DNA from: a virus
Taxonomy: Duplodnaviria > Caudoviricetes
DNA: 64,000 nucleotides
Reading direction: 5' to 3' (one strand)
Virus record (IMG/VR): IMGVR_UViG_3300042317_001691
Span: 1-64,000 of that record
The position numbers and the translations under genes are program-made. Positions 47,011 through 56,750 of the stretch are shown here, piece after piece. The notes below the pieces were generated by a model. That model was not told where the DNA came from and made no database searches. It was given only the letters and a program-made list of their open reading frames with translations. How positions within the stretch are numbered: the stretch's first letter is position 1; each line of letters starts with the position of its first letter.

Positions 47011-48255
47011 TTAATTATTTTTAATTTTTTCAAAAGTCGGTAAAAATATAATTTCTCCTCCAGAATTTAAATATTCCCTTTCTCTTTCAATTATTTCTTT
47101 TTTGAAACCTATTAATGAACATATATAAACGTCTGGTTTCATTTTTCTAGATTCTTCTTCTGAAATTATATTTATACCAGACAGTGTTTTCGCTCCCCAT
47201 TTTTCGGGACTTCTTTCTGCTGCATATGGTATTAAATCAGAATCAATCCCAGCGGCTTCTAAAACAACATTCATTTTAGTTGAAGCTCCATATAAATGAA
47301 CTACTTTATTATTTTTCTTATGTTCAAGTAAGATGCTTTTTAATTGACTTAAATAAGTTTCAACTCGGTTCCTAAAATTTTCATAAGTTTTATTTTCATC
47401 TAATTCTTTTTCAAACTCTTCAAATCTTAATGTAGATAAGTTATTTTTCCACTCTTGTTTTTCGTACAAATCGCACTCTTCATTGCACGCATAGATCATT
47501 ATAGATCCTCCATTTGTTTGAGTTTTTTCAGCTCTAAATAATTTTAAACCGCTATTTTTAAGCAACCGTTCAAATGGAAATAAATAATAATGACAGGAAT
47601 GCTCTAATAAAACTTGATCAAACGCAAGATTTTCCAACATTAATGGCCAATAGGCGAATTCAGCTATCCAAATACCATCCTTTTTTAAATTTTCTTTAAT
47701 TTCAGAAACAAACTCTTGAGGTTCATTAACGTCATAAAAACATGCTATAGATGTGATTATATCAAATTTTTTATTTTTCAATTGTTTATTTGGATAAACT
47801 TCATTTACAATTTTAATATCTTTTTGCTTGGAGGCTATATCCGATGGATCAATTCCAATTCTATTAAAAGAATCTGGATAACCTCTAAGTAGGGTTCCGT
47901 CATTGGCGGCAATATCCAAAACATCTAATGATTTATTTATATTTAAAATATTAACGGCTTCTTCGGCAATATTTTGTAAATGTTTAGTCATAGTTTGACT
48001 GATACCAGATTGATACCAATAATTCCTATAAAGTATTTCTGGAGAAATTGAAAATTCAGATTGAATTAAACCACAGCCCTCTTCAAATTTATCTGTATCA
48101 CATCTTACAATTTTATTTTGAACCTTTCTATATGGAGGTTTTGGACTTTTGGAATGCTCAAATGCCCCTTGTACGTGCTGTAATCCAAGATCTAAAACTT
48201 CCGTTAAATTTGGATTGTTGCAAATCCTACATTTTCTATGTTTTTTTACGTGCAT
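47011..48255 (-). CDS. NDP-sugar C-methyltransferase-like SAM-dependent enzyme
   Basis: Zn-site CRIC, LDIAANDG.LL, EHSCHY, GGSI, YGASTK, ERSPEKWG. Confidence 0.85.
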   Translation of the reverse strand: MHVKKHRKCRICNNPNLTEVLDLGLQHVQGAFEHSKSPKPPYRKVQNKIVRCDTDKFEEGCGLIQSEFSISPEILYRNYWYQSGISQTMTKHLQNIAEEAVNILNINKSLDVLDIAANDGTLLRGYPDSFNRIGIDPSDIASKQKDIKIVNEVYPNKQLKNKKFDIITSIACFYDVNEPQEFVSEIKENLKKDGIWIAEFAYWPLMLENLAFDQVLLEHSCHYYLFPFERLLKNSGLKLFRAEKTQTNGGSIMIYACNEECDLYEKQEWKNNLSTLRFEEFEKELDENKTYENFRNRVETYLSQLKSILLEHKKNNKVVHLYGASTKMNVVLEAAGIDSDLIPYAAERSPEKWGAKTLSGINIISEEESRKMKPDVYICSLIGFKKEIIEREREYLNSGGEIIFLPTFEKIKNN

Positions 48256-48287
48256 ACTTAGAATTATAAAATTGATGTATGTTTAGT

Positions 48288-49175
48288 CTAAAGTGAAAAT
48301 TTATCTACTACGCAGTCAAATAAATTAATTAATCTTTCTTCAGAATATAAATCTAAAAATGGTTTAAAGTGGTCTATACCATAAGAAATTATTTCTGGTA
48401 ATGAATTTGAACTTAATAAAAATTTTTTTTCTGAACTTATATGTCTGTACATTTCTGAGTCCGATATTGCAATTGGCTTTCTTGCTGAAAGTGCTTTATC
48501 TATTGAACTTGATAAACCTCTACCTTCTCCAATCATTGGTGGCAAAAGAAATATATTTGCGGTATTTGATGATAAGAAGTTTATCAATTCATCGTCCGAT
48601 AAAAAATTTGAAGTTACTTCAATATCAATATTTTTATCTCCCATGCAGTTTAGTTTAATTTTTTTTATTATACACTCTAAATCTTCGCCATTTGGATGTT
48701 GAGGCATATGAATTTTAATTAGAGCATCATCGTAATATTCTGAAACTATTGAATATATCTTATCAAAATTTTTTGAAGAAAACGAAAAACCAATTGATCC
48801 AATTGTTAATCTTTGGGGATTTTGTAATGGAGTTAAATTTTTAATTGGTCTTGGTATTGGTATATTTTTATCTGTACGTTGCGATGTTGAATCGCAGTTC
48901 AATATTAACTGAATATTTTTAAAATTAGGCAAGCAATCATGACCACCTATAGCTAGACATGGCTTTTTTAAACTAATTAAAAAATCTTCAGTTAGCCAAT
49001 TAAAAAGTTTTTCATGATAATTAAAAATTACAATATCACTATTTTCTATATCTTTTAGATCTGAACTTAAATAGTATTTGTGTTTTATTGATTTTTTTAA
49101 AATTGACTGCACACATGAACCATATTGATAGACTCCGCAAATTTCTGAAGTTGGATTTAATATTAAAACTTTCAA
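48288..49175 (-). CDS. GT-B glycosyltransferase-like protein
   Basis: CGVYQYG start, IGSIGF, GLSSSID.ALS..KPIAISDS. Confidence 0.6.
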   Translation of the reverse strand: MKVLILNPTSEICGVYQYGSCVQSILKKSIKHKYYLSSDLKDIENSDIVIFNYHEKLFNWLTEDFLISLKKPCLAIGGHDCLPNFKNIQLILNCDSTSQRTDKNIPIPRPIKNLTPLQNPQRLTIGSIGFSFSSKNFDKIYSIVSEYYDDALIKIHMPQHPNGEDLECIIKKIKLNCMGDKNIDIEVTSNFLSDDELINFLSSNTANIFLLPPMIGEGRGLSSSIDKALSARKPIAISDSEMYRHISSEKKFLLSSNSLPEIISYGIDHFKPFLDLYSEERLINLFDCVVDKFSL

Positions 49176-49177
49176 GA

Positions 49178-49885
49178 TTAAATATTATAATAAATTATTG
49201 ATGGATGATCGTAGTCATATTCGCTTTTGTTAAAGAATGCACTGTTTGTAGGTTCAAATACATGACATATCGATCCGACGGCAATAGCCAAATTCATATC
49301 TCCAGTATTGCATCCAAAATAGATTCCAACTTTTCTCAAAAGCGAAATATATTTACTTAAATCTAAATCAGTTAATTTTAATTCATAATCTAAATTAGAT
49401 GGATTGTCGGAACTATCACATATAATTGGAGTATGGTTGTTTTTTATTAAATCATTAATAATTGAATTTGATAATCGTTCACTTAAACTTCTGGTATCAT
49501 GCCACTGTTTGGAACAATTGGGTACAAAAATAACTGGATTTTTTATATTTTTTATAAAATTAAACGCCCATATTTCAGATTCTTTTTTTGAGTGCAAAAC
49601 TATTGGTCTAATATCCAAACATTCCGAATCTTCAAAGAAATTTCTTAATTTTCTTAAAATATAAGTTCCATTATATCCTATGTTTTTTGTGGGTTCTATT
49701 TTAGATTCTTCTTCTTTTGAAATTAAATTAACATTGCATAAACCATCGAAAAGTATTTTAAATCTCTCTTTCTCTTTGGGAAGCAAAAATTCACATTCGA
49801 TATTTCTGGCTTTTAAATGTTTAACAATTGGAGTAAAAAGTAATGTATCGCCAAGGCCATGTTGATCAGACATTAATTTAATCAT
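49178..49885 (-). CDS. GT9-like glycosyltransferase
   Basis: HGLGDTLLFTP, YFGCNTGDMNLAIAVG. Confidence 0.7.
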   Translation of the reverse strand: MIKLMSDQHGLGDTLLFTPIVKHLKARNIECEFLLPKEKERFKILFDGLCNVNLISKEEESKIEPTKNIGYNGTYILRKLRNFFEDSECLDIRPIVLHSKKESEIWAFNFIKNIKNPVIFVPNCSKQWHDTRSLSERLSNSIINDLIKNNHTPIICDSSDNPSNLDYELKLTDLDLSKYISLLRKVGIYFGCNTGDMNLAIAVGSICHVFEPTNSAFFNKSEYDYDHPSIIYYNI

Positions 49886-49917
49886 ATTTTAAATAATAAA
49901 ATATTTTATGCAATTTG

Positions 49918-50691
49918 TTACAAAATTAAATTATGTTCAAAAGATTCATATTCAAAATCTTCATGCTTCATGTGAATTTTATGAGCTGGATCTTGCCCAC
50001 CTCCTTCTACATACCAATGTTCATGCCAAAATTCATGATTTCTTTTTAATCTAGAATTTAAATCAACATAACCCATATGAACAACAAATGGCAATTGTTG
50101 AGACTCCATTAACTTAATATCTTTTGGGGTTCCAGCCGTTGAAACAAAATTGCCATCCTTATCTACTAAATCGCATCCATCACTTAATTTAGTATTAATC
50201 GTTCCATCTGGCTTTCTAGCAGCAATTTGGGGCGCTCTATAGGCTGTTGCCTTGTGAAGATATTGTTTGTGATTTATTGATTTGTAATGATTTAAATCTT
50301 TATATAAATCTACAGATGGAATTGCATAACATTGAGCTTGATCAAATTTAAGACGAAAACATAAGTTTGACCACAATGGTTTTTGCCAAAGTGGAATATA
50401 CTCATCTAAATCTAATTGTAGTTTAAAATCTTTTGTACACTCCTGCAATGCAGCATTTTTTATTTTTCCATCCAACCAAGGATCTTCGTAGCTAAATGAA
50501 GTGTCTATAATTTTAAAAGACTTTGAGTGCTCTTTTAAAATCTTCTCCACAGTTGATCTTGTGTCATCAATTGATGTATTGACTGCCACAACAACCTCTT
50601 CAGCAAAAAGGCAAGACTTTATTAAACAGTCTTGCCAAAAAGAAAAACCGTGATTGTTTAAATTGAATGCAGAGTGATATATTGAAATCAC
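49918..50691 (-). CDS. GT-A (GT2-like) glycosyltransferase
   Basis: EVVVAVN.S.D.T, KNAALQEC, LQLDLDE (DxD motif). Confidence 0.7.
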   Translation of the reverse strand: MISIYHSAFNLNNHGFSFWQDCLIKSCLFAEEVVVAVNTSIDDTRSTVEKILKEHSKSFKIIDTSFSYEDPWLDGKIKNAALQECTKDFKLQLDLDEYIPLWQKPLWSNLCFRLKFDQAQCYAIPSVDLYKDLNHYKSINHKQYLHKATAYRAPQIAARKPDGTINTKLSDGCDLVDKDGNFVSTAGTPKDIKLMESQQLPFVVHMGYVDLNSRLKRNHEFWHEHWYVEGGGQDPAHKIHMKHEDFEYESFEHNLIL

Positions 50692-50703
50692 TCTGATAAT
50701 AAC

Positions 50704-51879
50704 TTACTCTTCGATGATTTCTACAAAAGCTAAAGATGGATTTTCCTTCAGCAAATCTTGTTGGTCAAACTCTTGCTCGCCATCCCATTCGTATTCATCT
50801 GCTTGGGCTTTTTTCCAAGCTTCTTTGTCTGGGCGATCCTTATCACCTGGTTTTGCAGGTTTATAATTTTTACCCATTCTTTTCTTCTTTTCTCTGATAT
50901 TGTCCCAAAGACCTTTTTTGCCAGCTTCTAACTCTTCTTTGGGCTCACATTCTCCGCCACAGTCGCAGCCACATCCACCATCAGAACCAGCAATTTTACT
51001 TACTGGTTTCGCTGACCACATTTTACACGACCAATAATTGGCTTTCCATTTGGGTCCAGGGCTTTCGCAATTATGTCTTGCTCTATAATTTTTTCTACGT
51101 TCTGGATCGTCCCTCTTGATCTCCATGTTGGGATCTCCAAATTTTACCATCACGACATTGCCTTTGTCGTTTTTTACATAAACTCCAAATTTTTTCTTTG
51201 AACCAGATGGCAATCTGAAGGGTTTATTTAAGGCTTTTTTTTTGCCTTCTTCTTTTGCTTGCTGCATTTCTAGCTGAGTGATTCCAGCCTCAATGCAGTT
51301 AAGTTTAGCTAATTGGAATTCAATATCTTGGAAATCGCAAAAATCATAATTTTCTTCAATCTCTTCGCTGTTAAGAATATCGCTATCTGCTTTAATATAG
51401 GAAGCTTTGACCTTTTGATTGGCAGCCATTTTGAAGAAAAGAGCTACTCTAGCAAATGCCCACTCATCTTCCGTCTTGCCTGGTTTAAAAACTCTAGAGG
51501 CTTGCTCCAAGCCTCTTCTGTAAACTTTTAAAACTTGATCTATTGATAATTTCTGATCAAAATTTTCGTTATGCTTTGAAACTTTTTTCAATAAGAAAGC
51601 TTTAACCTTCTTCATTTTTGAAGAATCCATTTCTTCCTCATCCTCTTCAGAATCCTCTTCTTCAGAATCTTCTTCCTCGTCATCCATCTCTTCCTCTTCG
51701 TCTTCGCCCTCTTCATCTTCCACTTCAGAAGATGGTGGAACTTTTTGTGACTTTTCAATTTTTTGAGCTTCCAACTCTTCTTGGGTGAACGAATCGGATT
51801 CTTTTGAAGATTCTGCAGTTTTATTTTTGTCTGCAGAAAGTCCAAGTTGTTTAATTTGTTCTGAGAAGTCTAGTTCCAT
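50704..51879 (-). CDS. Modular hypothetical protein with a long acidic tract
   Basis: Poly-E/D segment; VYRRG..WAFARV, KKFGVYVKN..KFGDP..RARHNC..YWSC and GLWDNIR modules; GTGTAA motif 11 nt upstream. Confidence 0.7.
   Translation of the reverse strand: MELDFSEQIKQLGLSADKNKTAESSKESDSFTQEELEAQKIEKSQKVPPSSEVEDEEGEDEEEEMDDEEEDSEEEDSEEDEEEMDSSKMKKVKAFLLKKVSKHNENFDQKLSIDQVLKVYRRGLEQASRVFKPGKTEDEWAFARVALFFKMAANQKVKASYIKADSDILNSEEIEENYDFCDFQDIEFQLAKLNCIEAGITQLEMQQAKEEGKKKALNKPFRLPSGSKKKFGVYVKNDKGNVVMVKFGDPNMEIKRDDPERRKNYRARHNCESPGPKWKANYWSCKMWSAKPVSKIAGSDGGCGCDCGGECEPKEELEAGKKGLWDNIREKKKRMGKNYKPAKPGDKDRPDKEAWKKAQADEYEWDGEQEFDQQDLLKENPSLAFVEIIEE
51600..51725. repeat. Low-complexity TCT/TCC/TCA-rich tract encoding the acidic segment
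   Basis: Imperfect repeats such as tcctcttcagaatc / ttcttcagaatc. Confidence 0.6.
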
Positions 51880-51922
51880 CTTGAAAAAGATTACACTTAT
51901 AAATTATTTTTTTGAAATAGAT

Positions 51923-53578
51923 TTATGCTTCACAGCTTTTGCAGTCTAAGATTGATCTAACTAACTCTTGTGCTGGGTTCGCACTACGTTGGTAATAAAG
52001 AGACTTAATTCCTTGTTCCCAAGCAAATATCATCAATTCATTAACCTCTTTTGCCTTTGTTTCTGGAGGAATCATTATGTTTAAACTTTGACCTTGATCA
52101 ATGTACTTTTGACGTTGAGAGGCTTGAATTATAATCTCTTTTTGAGAAATCTCTCCAAATGTCTTGAACACGTCTTTCTCATCTTGAGATAAAAAGTTTA
52201 AATGTTGCACGCTGCCGCCCTTGATTAAGACAGATTTCCAAACCTCATCTGTATCTTGATTTTTTGCTTTTAAAAGCCTTTTTAGATACGGGTTTTTATA
52301 AGTAAATTTACCTTTAGCGAGGTCTTTGACAAAATAGTTGCTATTCAAGGGTTCGATTGAAGGAGAAACCTGACCAAGAATAAATGAACTTGATGTGGTT
52401 GGAGCAACTGCCATTGTTGTAGAATTTCTTTTACCAGTTCCTTTCATAAGTTCTGGCTCGCCAAATAGTTCAGCTAATTTTTCCGAGGCTTTATGAGATT
52501 TTTCTTTGATATGTTTCCAAATCTCAACATTTAACATTTTTGCTTGAAATGATTCAAATCCAATCATCTTTAATTGTAGAAGTGAATGCCAACCAAGTAC
52601 ACCAAGCCCCAATGCTCTTTGATTTTTTGCAAATTTATTTGCCGCTTCCATATAAGGCATTTCATCAGTCTTTTGGATGAATTCGGTCATAACGGCATCC
52701 AAGAAATAAATCATGACTTCAACCGCATCAGTCTCTTTCCATTCGTCCCACTTCTCCAAGTTCATTGAAGATAAGTTACAAACAAAAGATTCATCTTCTG
52801 AATTGCTCAAGAAAATTTCTGAACACAAATTGCTATTATTTATTTTTAGCCCCTTTTTCTTGTAAACTTCTGGAGCTTGATTGTTTACATTATCAGTAAA
52901 AAAGATATATGGATAGCCGCTTTCAAATCTCTTCTTCAAGACTTCTCCCCATATTTTTCTTTTTTCTTTGTTACCCTCTATCATTGATTTCATCCATTCG
53001 TCAGACACGCAAACTCCGATTGAAATGTCTTGGATTTCGTTTCCTTCTGATTTAATCTTTAAAAATTCTTCAATATCTGGATGATCGATTGGAAGGTAGG
53101 CAGCAAAAGATCCACGACGTACATTACCTTGGCTAACAACATTCATGAGTTTGTCGTAAAGCTCCATGAAGTGAACAGAGCCAGTAGACTCACCTCCAGC
53201 AGAAATTGGCATACCTCTCCCCCTTACATCTCCAAAATAAGCGGATGTGCCGCCTCCAGATTTAGTCATCATTCCTACTTCGGCAAGCTTTCCAAGAATG
53301 CCTTCCATTGTATCAGGAATGTAAGAACCAAAGCAGGAAATTGGAAGACCCCTATTTCTTCCGAAGTTGGCCCAGATAGGAGAACTTAGTGAGTAAAAGC
53401 CCTTCTGCATATAAAGGCAGAACTTTTCAAAGAAATTTGGAATTTTGTTTAAAAGCTTATCTAAAGCCGTGTTTGCAATGTCTTCAATTCTTTTCTCTGG
53501 AGTTTCCCCCTTCAATAAATAACCTCTCTCCAGAAATGTACGAGAGTCTTTATTGAGCCAATAAAAATTATTTTCCAT
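51923..53578 (-). CDS. nrdA: Class I ribonucleotide reductase, alpha subunit (short, no ATP cone)
   Basis: PISCF, GGGTS, NLCSEI, CNLSS, APTTSSS, KSLYYQR and C-terminal CKSCEA. Confidence 0.93.
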   Translation of the reverse strand: MENNFYWLNKDSRTFLERGYLLKGETPEKRIEDIANTALDKLLNKIPNFFEKFCLYMQKGFYSLSSPIWANFGRNRGLPISCFGSYIPDTMEGILGKLAEVGMMTKSGGGTSAYFGDVRGRGMPISAGGESTGSVHFMELYDKLMNVVSQGNVRRGSFAAYLPIDHPDIEEFLKIKSEGNEIQDISIGVCVSDEWMKSMIEGNKEKRKIWGEVLKKRFESGYPYIFFTDNVNNQAPEVYKKKGLKINNSNLCSEIFLSNSEDESFVCNLSSMNLEKWDEWKETDAVEVMIYFLDAVMTEFIQKTDEMPYMEAANKFAKNQRALGLGVLGWHSLLQLKMIGFESFQAKMLNVEIWKHIKEKSHKASEKLAELFGEPELMKGTGKRNSTTMAVAPTTSSSFILGQVSPSIEPLNSNYFVKDLAKGKFTYKNPYLKRLLKAKNQDTDEVWKSVLIKGGSVQHLNFLSQDEKDVFKTFGEISQKEIIIQASQRQKYIDQGQSLNIMIPPETKAKEVNELMIFAWEQGIKSLYYQRSANPAQELVRSILDCKSCEA

Positions 53579-53579
53579 A

Positions 53580-54551
53580 TTAAAAAAGATCTTCTTCTCC
53601 AAACGACTGATTTTTCTTTGAGTACTCAACTGGCTTCGAATGAAAGAAGTCAGTCATATTGTTGCCAAGTAATTCCTCTTCAAACCAAGAGGTCTTAGAA
53701 AGCAAATCAGAATTGATTACAAAAACTTTTTGGAAGCCGATTTGAACTAATGATTCATTAATTCTATTCTTAACGAACTCTTTTAAAATGTCCGCACTTA
53801 GATTTTCTTCTTGAATACCATTTACCATCCAATCAATTATTTTAGACTCTGCCTCAAAAGCCTCTTTAGCCTCAGAGATTATTTTTCCCTCAAGCTCTTC
53901 ATCAAATAAATAGGGATATTCTTCTTTAATCGTATTGATTATTTTGATCCCGACCAAAGCATGAAGATTTTCTTCGTTCCTTGTGTACTTGACCTGTTGG
54001 TCCGTGTCTTTTAATACGTTCTTAAATCTACTGAACCAGTTAATTATATAAAACTGAGAGAACAAAGAAACATTCTCTACAAACAGAGTGAATAGCGTAA
54101 TTGCATACAAATATTGTTTTTTGCTGTCTTTATAGAAACGATGAGTATATTTCTTTAAATACTTTACTCGCCCTTGAATCCATTCGAGCTTTAAATTCTC
54201 TTCGAAAACGTCTTCTAGACCAAGAACAGAGATTAATCTTTCATACGCATTGTTGTGGATCACCTCCACATTTGCCATAACGTACCCTAAATCAGAAAGG
54301 GATGGATGAGGAAGGTTTTCCCCTAATTTTGCCCAGAAAGTTTTTACGGCAACCTCAATTTGACCAATTGCAGAAAGCGTTCTGATGACAATTTCTTTTT
54401 CCTTATCAGAGAGAGAAACTTTAAATTGTTGAATGTCTGACTTAAAGGAAAACTCCTTATCTGTCCAAAATCCTTCATGCATTGCACTTATAAACTTTTC
54501 CGTCCAAGGATACTTGTTCGGCTTCCTAGAGATTTGTTCCTCGAAAATCAT
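53580..54551 (-). CDS. nrdB: Class I ribonucleotide reductase, beta subunit
   Basis: FWT..E, EVIH..AY, FVENVSLF, RNEENLH di-metal motifs, DFF C-terminus. Confidence 0.93.
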   Translation of the reverse strand: MIFEEQISRKPNKYPWTEKFISAMHEGFWTDKEFSFKSDIQQFKVSLSDKEKEIVIRTLSAIGQIEVAVKTFWAKLGENLPHPSLSDLGYVMANVEVIHNNAYERLISVLGLEDVFEENLKLEWIQGRVKYLKKYTHRFYKDSKKQYLYAITLFTLFVENVSLFSQFYIINWFSRFKNVLKDTDQQVKYTRNEENLHALVGIKIINTIKEEYPYLFDEELEGKIISEAKEAFEAESKIIDWMVNGIQEENLSADILKEFVKNRINESLVQIGFQKVFVINSDLLSKTSWFEEELLGNNMTDFFHSKPVEYSKKNQSFGEEDLF

Positions 54552-54630
54552 GGCTATTAAAAATATAATACACCATGCGAGAGAGCAACTCAAGATGAAT
54601 CGGAAAAATTTATCTGTTCCCAGGATTTTC

Positions 54631-54660
54631 TTGACAGAACCAAAAAAGTGTCGTTATAAT
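54631..54660 (+). promoter_or_regulatory. Consensus sigma70 promoter for the dut/kinase/sigma/ssb operon
   Basis: TTGACA-N18-TATAAT. Confidence 0.75.
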
Positions 54661-54690
54661 TAAAACAAGAACGAAGAAATTGAATTCGCC

Positions 54691-54712
54691 GCTTCGCGAC
54701 GAAGCATTTTTT
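54691..54712 (+). terminator. Terminator-like hairpin in the 5' leader
   Basis: GCTTCG-CGA-CGAAGC-ATTTTTT. Confidence 0.4.
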
Positions 54713-54751
54713 ACAAAAATGCATCCATAAAAATTAAATGCGGTGCAAAAA

Positions 54752-55111
54752 ATGGAAAACTTTCTATTAAAAAAGAATATTAATATGATTAGGGAGATCA
54801 TAAGTTATAAAAAATTCTACCTTTGCCAAGGAGGTAATTGGCAAGTTGTTGTAGAAGCTGATTGCGAAGAAAATGCGGCAACTCAAGCTGTAGAGGAAAT
54901 TATGGTTGAAGAAGTTAAATTTGTAAGATTGTCTGCAGCTATTTTTGTAAAAGAACTTCCTCGACATTTGGGAGGAGATGTTTTACAAGAAGATTCGAAG
55001 ACAATTTTGTTTTATACTCCCATGATTATGGCAAATGCGGGCTTCCATGCTGAAGCTCACAAACTTCAAAATTATTTAGACGACATAGATTCAGATGAAT
55101 ATGAAAAATAA
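54752..55111 (+). CDS. Hypothetical protein
   Basis: ORF, first gene of the + strand operon; start at 54752 or 54788. Confidence 0.65.
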   Translation: MENFLLKKNINMIREIISYKKFYLCQGGNWQVVVEADCEENAATQAVEEIMVEEVKFVRLSAAIFVKELPRHLGGDVLQEDSKTILFYTPMIMANAGFHAEAHKLQNYLDDIDSDEYEK

Positions 55112-55619
55112 AAATAAAATTTTTGCTGACAAAAAGGTAAAACTTTGCGAAAAAACCTATCCGCTTGATAGCGGATATGATTTAAAAAGTATTTCAGAAC
55201 CAACAATCGTTGGCGAAAAAATAATTGGGGAGTATTACAAAAGCATACAATACATAGAATACGATACTGGTATTAAAATCGACACTCTTCAGAGAAAGAG
55301 TGAAAAACAAATATGCGCTTTTGTATTTCCAAGGTCGAGTATTAGTAGCAAAACAAATTTAGTTTTAGCTAATTCAGTTGGAGTTATAGACCCACTTTAT
55401 AGAGATAGTATAAAAGTAAGATTTAGATATATCTTTCAGCCAAATGATTTTAAACTGATAAATGACGAAGTAGTGGGAAAAATCAATCAAGATAGAATAT
55501 ATAAAATCGGAGACAGAATAGCTCAGATTATTTTTGTGGAAAACTTAGATCATGAAATTGATTACGTTGAACAACTAATAGAAACTGGTCGCGGAGGTTT
55601 TGGTTCCACTGGAGATTAA
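55095..55619 (+). CDS. dut: Trimeric dUTPase
   Basis: DSGYDL, PRSSIS, GVID..YR, DRIAQI, RGGFGSTG. Confidence 0.93.
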   Translation: MNMKNKNKIFADKKVKLCEKTYPLDSGYDLKSISEPTIVGEKIIGEYYKSIQYIEYDTGIKIDTLQRKSEKQICAFVFPRSSISSKTNLVLANSVGVIDPLYRDSIKVRFRYIFQPNDFKLINDEVVGKINQDRIYKIGDRIAQIIFVENLDHEIDYVEQLIETGRGGFGSTGD

Positions 55620-55620
55620 T

Positions 55621-56208
55621 ATGATTTTTGGAATTTCTGGATACGCAACCGTGGGCAAAGATACTTTTGCAGATTCAATGCATTATCTTTTGTTAAAAAG
55701 AAAAATTAATTGCTATAGAGAATCATTTGCAAAACAATTAAAACTTCAAATGGAAGGGTTTTTGATGATGAATTTCAAAATATCAGCCCTTACCTCAAAA
55801 GAAGAAGAGAAAAAAATTATTAGACCTCTTTTGGTCGCTTTTGGAGAAGCGAAAAGAAAAATTAATCCAGATTATTGGGTGGGCGTTCTAGATCATCTTT
55901 TGTTAAAAAATGGATTAACAATTATTTCTGATGTTAGGTATGAGAATGAGGCAGATTGGATTATTTCTAAAGGTGGAAAAATTTTACATCTAAATAGAAT
56001 GAATGAAGATGGTTCTTACGTTCAACCAGCAAATAAAGAAGAGGAACTAAATTCGCCCAATGTTATTAAAAAATGTTTTCATGAATTATGTTGGAAAACA
56101 ATGCCAGATAAAAATCAAACCAACGAAGTTGTGCAATCTTTCGTTGACACAATCTTAACAGAAGAACTAGAAAAATGGAAAGTGACATTTCCCTTATCCA
56201 AAGGGTAA
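55621..56208 (+). CDS. Deoxynucleoside monophosphate kinase
   Basis: GISG...GKDT P-loop, FA..LK, R.LL..FGE, ISDVRYENE. Confidence 0.85.
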   Translation: MIFGISGYATVGKDTFADSMHYLLLKRKINCYRESFAKQLKLQMEGFLMMNFKISALTSKEEEKKIIRPLLVAFGEAKRKINPDYWVGVLDHLLLKNGLTIISDVRYENEADWIISKGGKILHLNRMNEDGSYVQPANKEEELNSPNVIKKCFHELCWKTMPDKNQTNEVVQSFVDTILTEELEKWKVTFPLSKG

Positions 56209-56750
56209 AAAAAGACGGAGATGCGGAAAGTTTATGCTTGCTAATTCAAAGGCATTCTGGTATATACCTTGACATGGTAAATTCGGTAATACCGAATAAC
56301 TGTGATTTTTTGGATAAAAATGACATTATAGAGGAAAAAGATATTTCAATCTATAAGGCGATACTTAATTTTGATCCAGATAAAAATACAAAATTTTCTA
56401 CCTATCTTGGCAACGAAACAAAATGGAGATGTTTGAATCTATTTAATAGAGGTACAAAATATAAACATATTGATATAGAAGACTTTAAAGAAGATTCAAA
56501 TTTTATAGAAAACGAAACTTTTGAAAATATTCATTCAAAAGAAATTTTAGAAAAGATTTTTTCATACGCAGAAACGCATTCAGACAAAAGAATTTCCGAA
56601 ATAATCAATTTGAGATATAAAGTTGGACTAGCGAACAAAACAATGCCTTGGAAAGAAATAGCAAAAAAAATAAACTTAAGCATTCAAGGATGTATAAACA
56701 TTCACAATAAATTTATCGAAGAAATAAAAAAGGAGCTATATAATGTATAA
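56175..56750 (+). CDS. Phage sigma70-family RNA polymerase sigma factor
   Basis: Region 2 (KAILNFDPDKNTKFSTY...W) and region 4 HTH (IINLRY...WKEIAKKINLS). Confidence 0.85.
   Translation: MESDISLIQRVKKDGDAESLCLLIQRHSGIYLDMVNSVIPNNCDFLDKNDIIEEKDISIYKAILNFDPDKNTKFSTYLGNETKWRCLNLFNRGTKYKHIDIEDFKEDSNFIENETFENIHSKEILEKIFSYAETHSDKRISEIINLRYKVGLANKTMPWKEIAKKINLSIQGCINIHNKFIEEIKKELYNV

Noticed and set aside
34664-54551. Inteins in DnaE, DnaB, RecA or RNR
   Set aside because: Protein lengths are normal or short, and no C/S...HN-C/S/T splice motifs are seen
51923-56208. Nucleotide-metabolism genes (nrdAB, dut, dNMP kinase; also guaC and dCMP deaminase) as a novelty
   Set aside because: Routine cargo of large lytic phages; listed as features only
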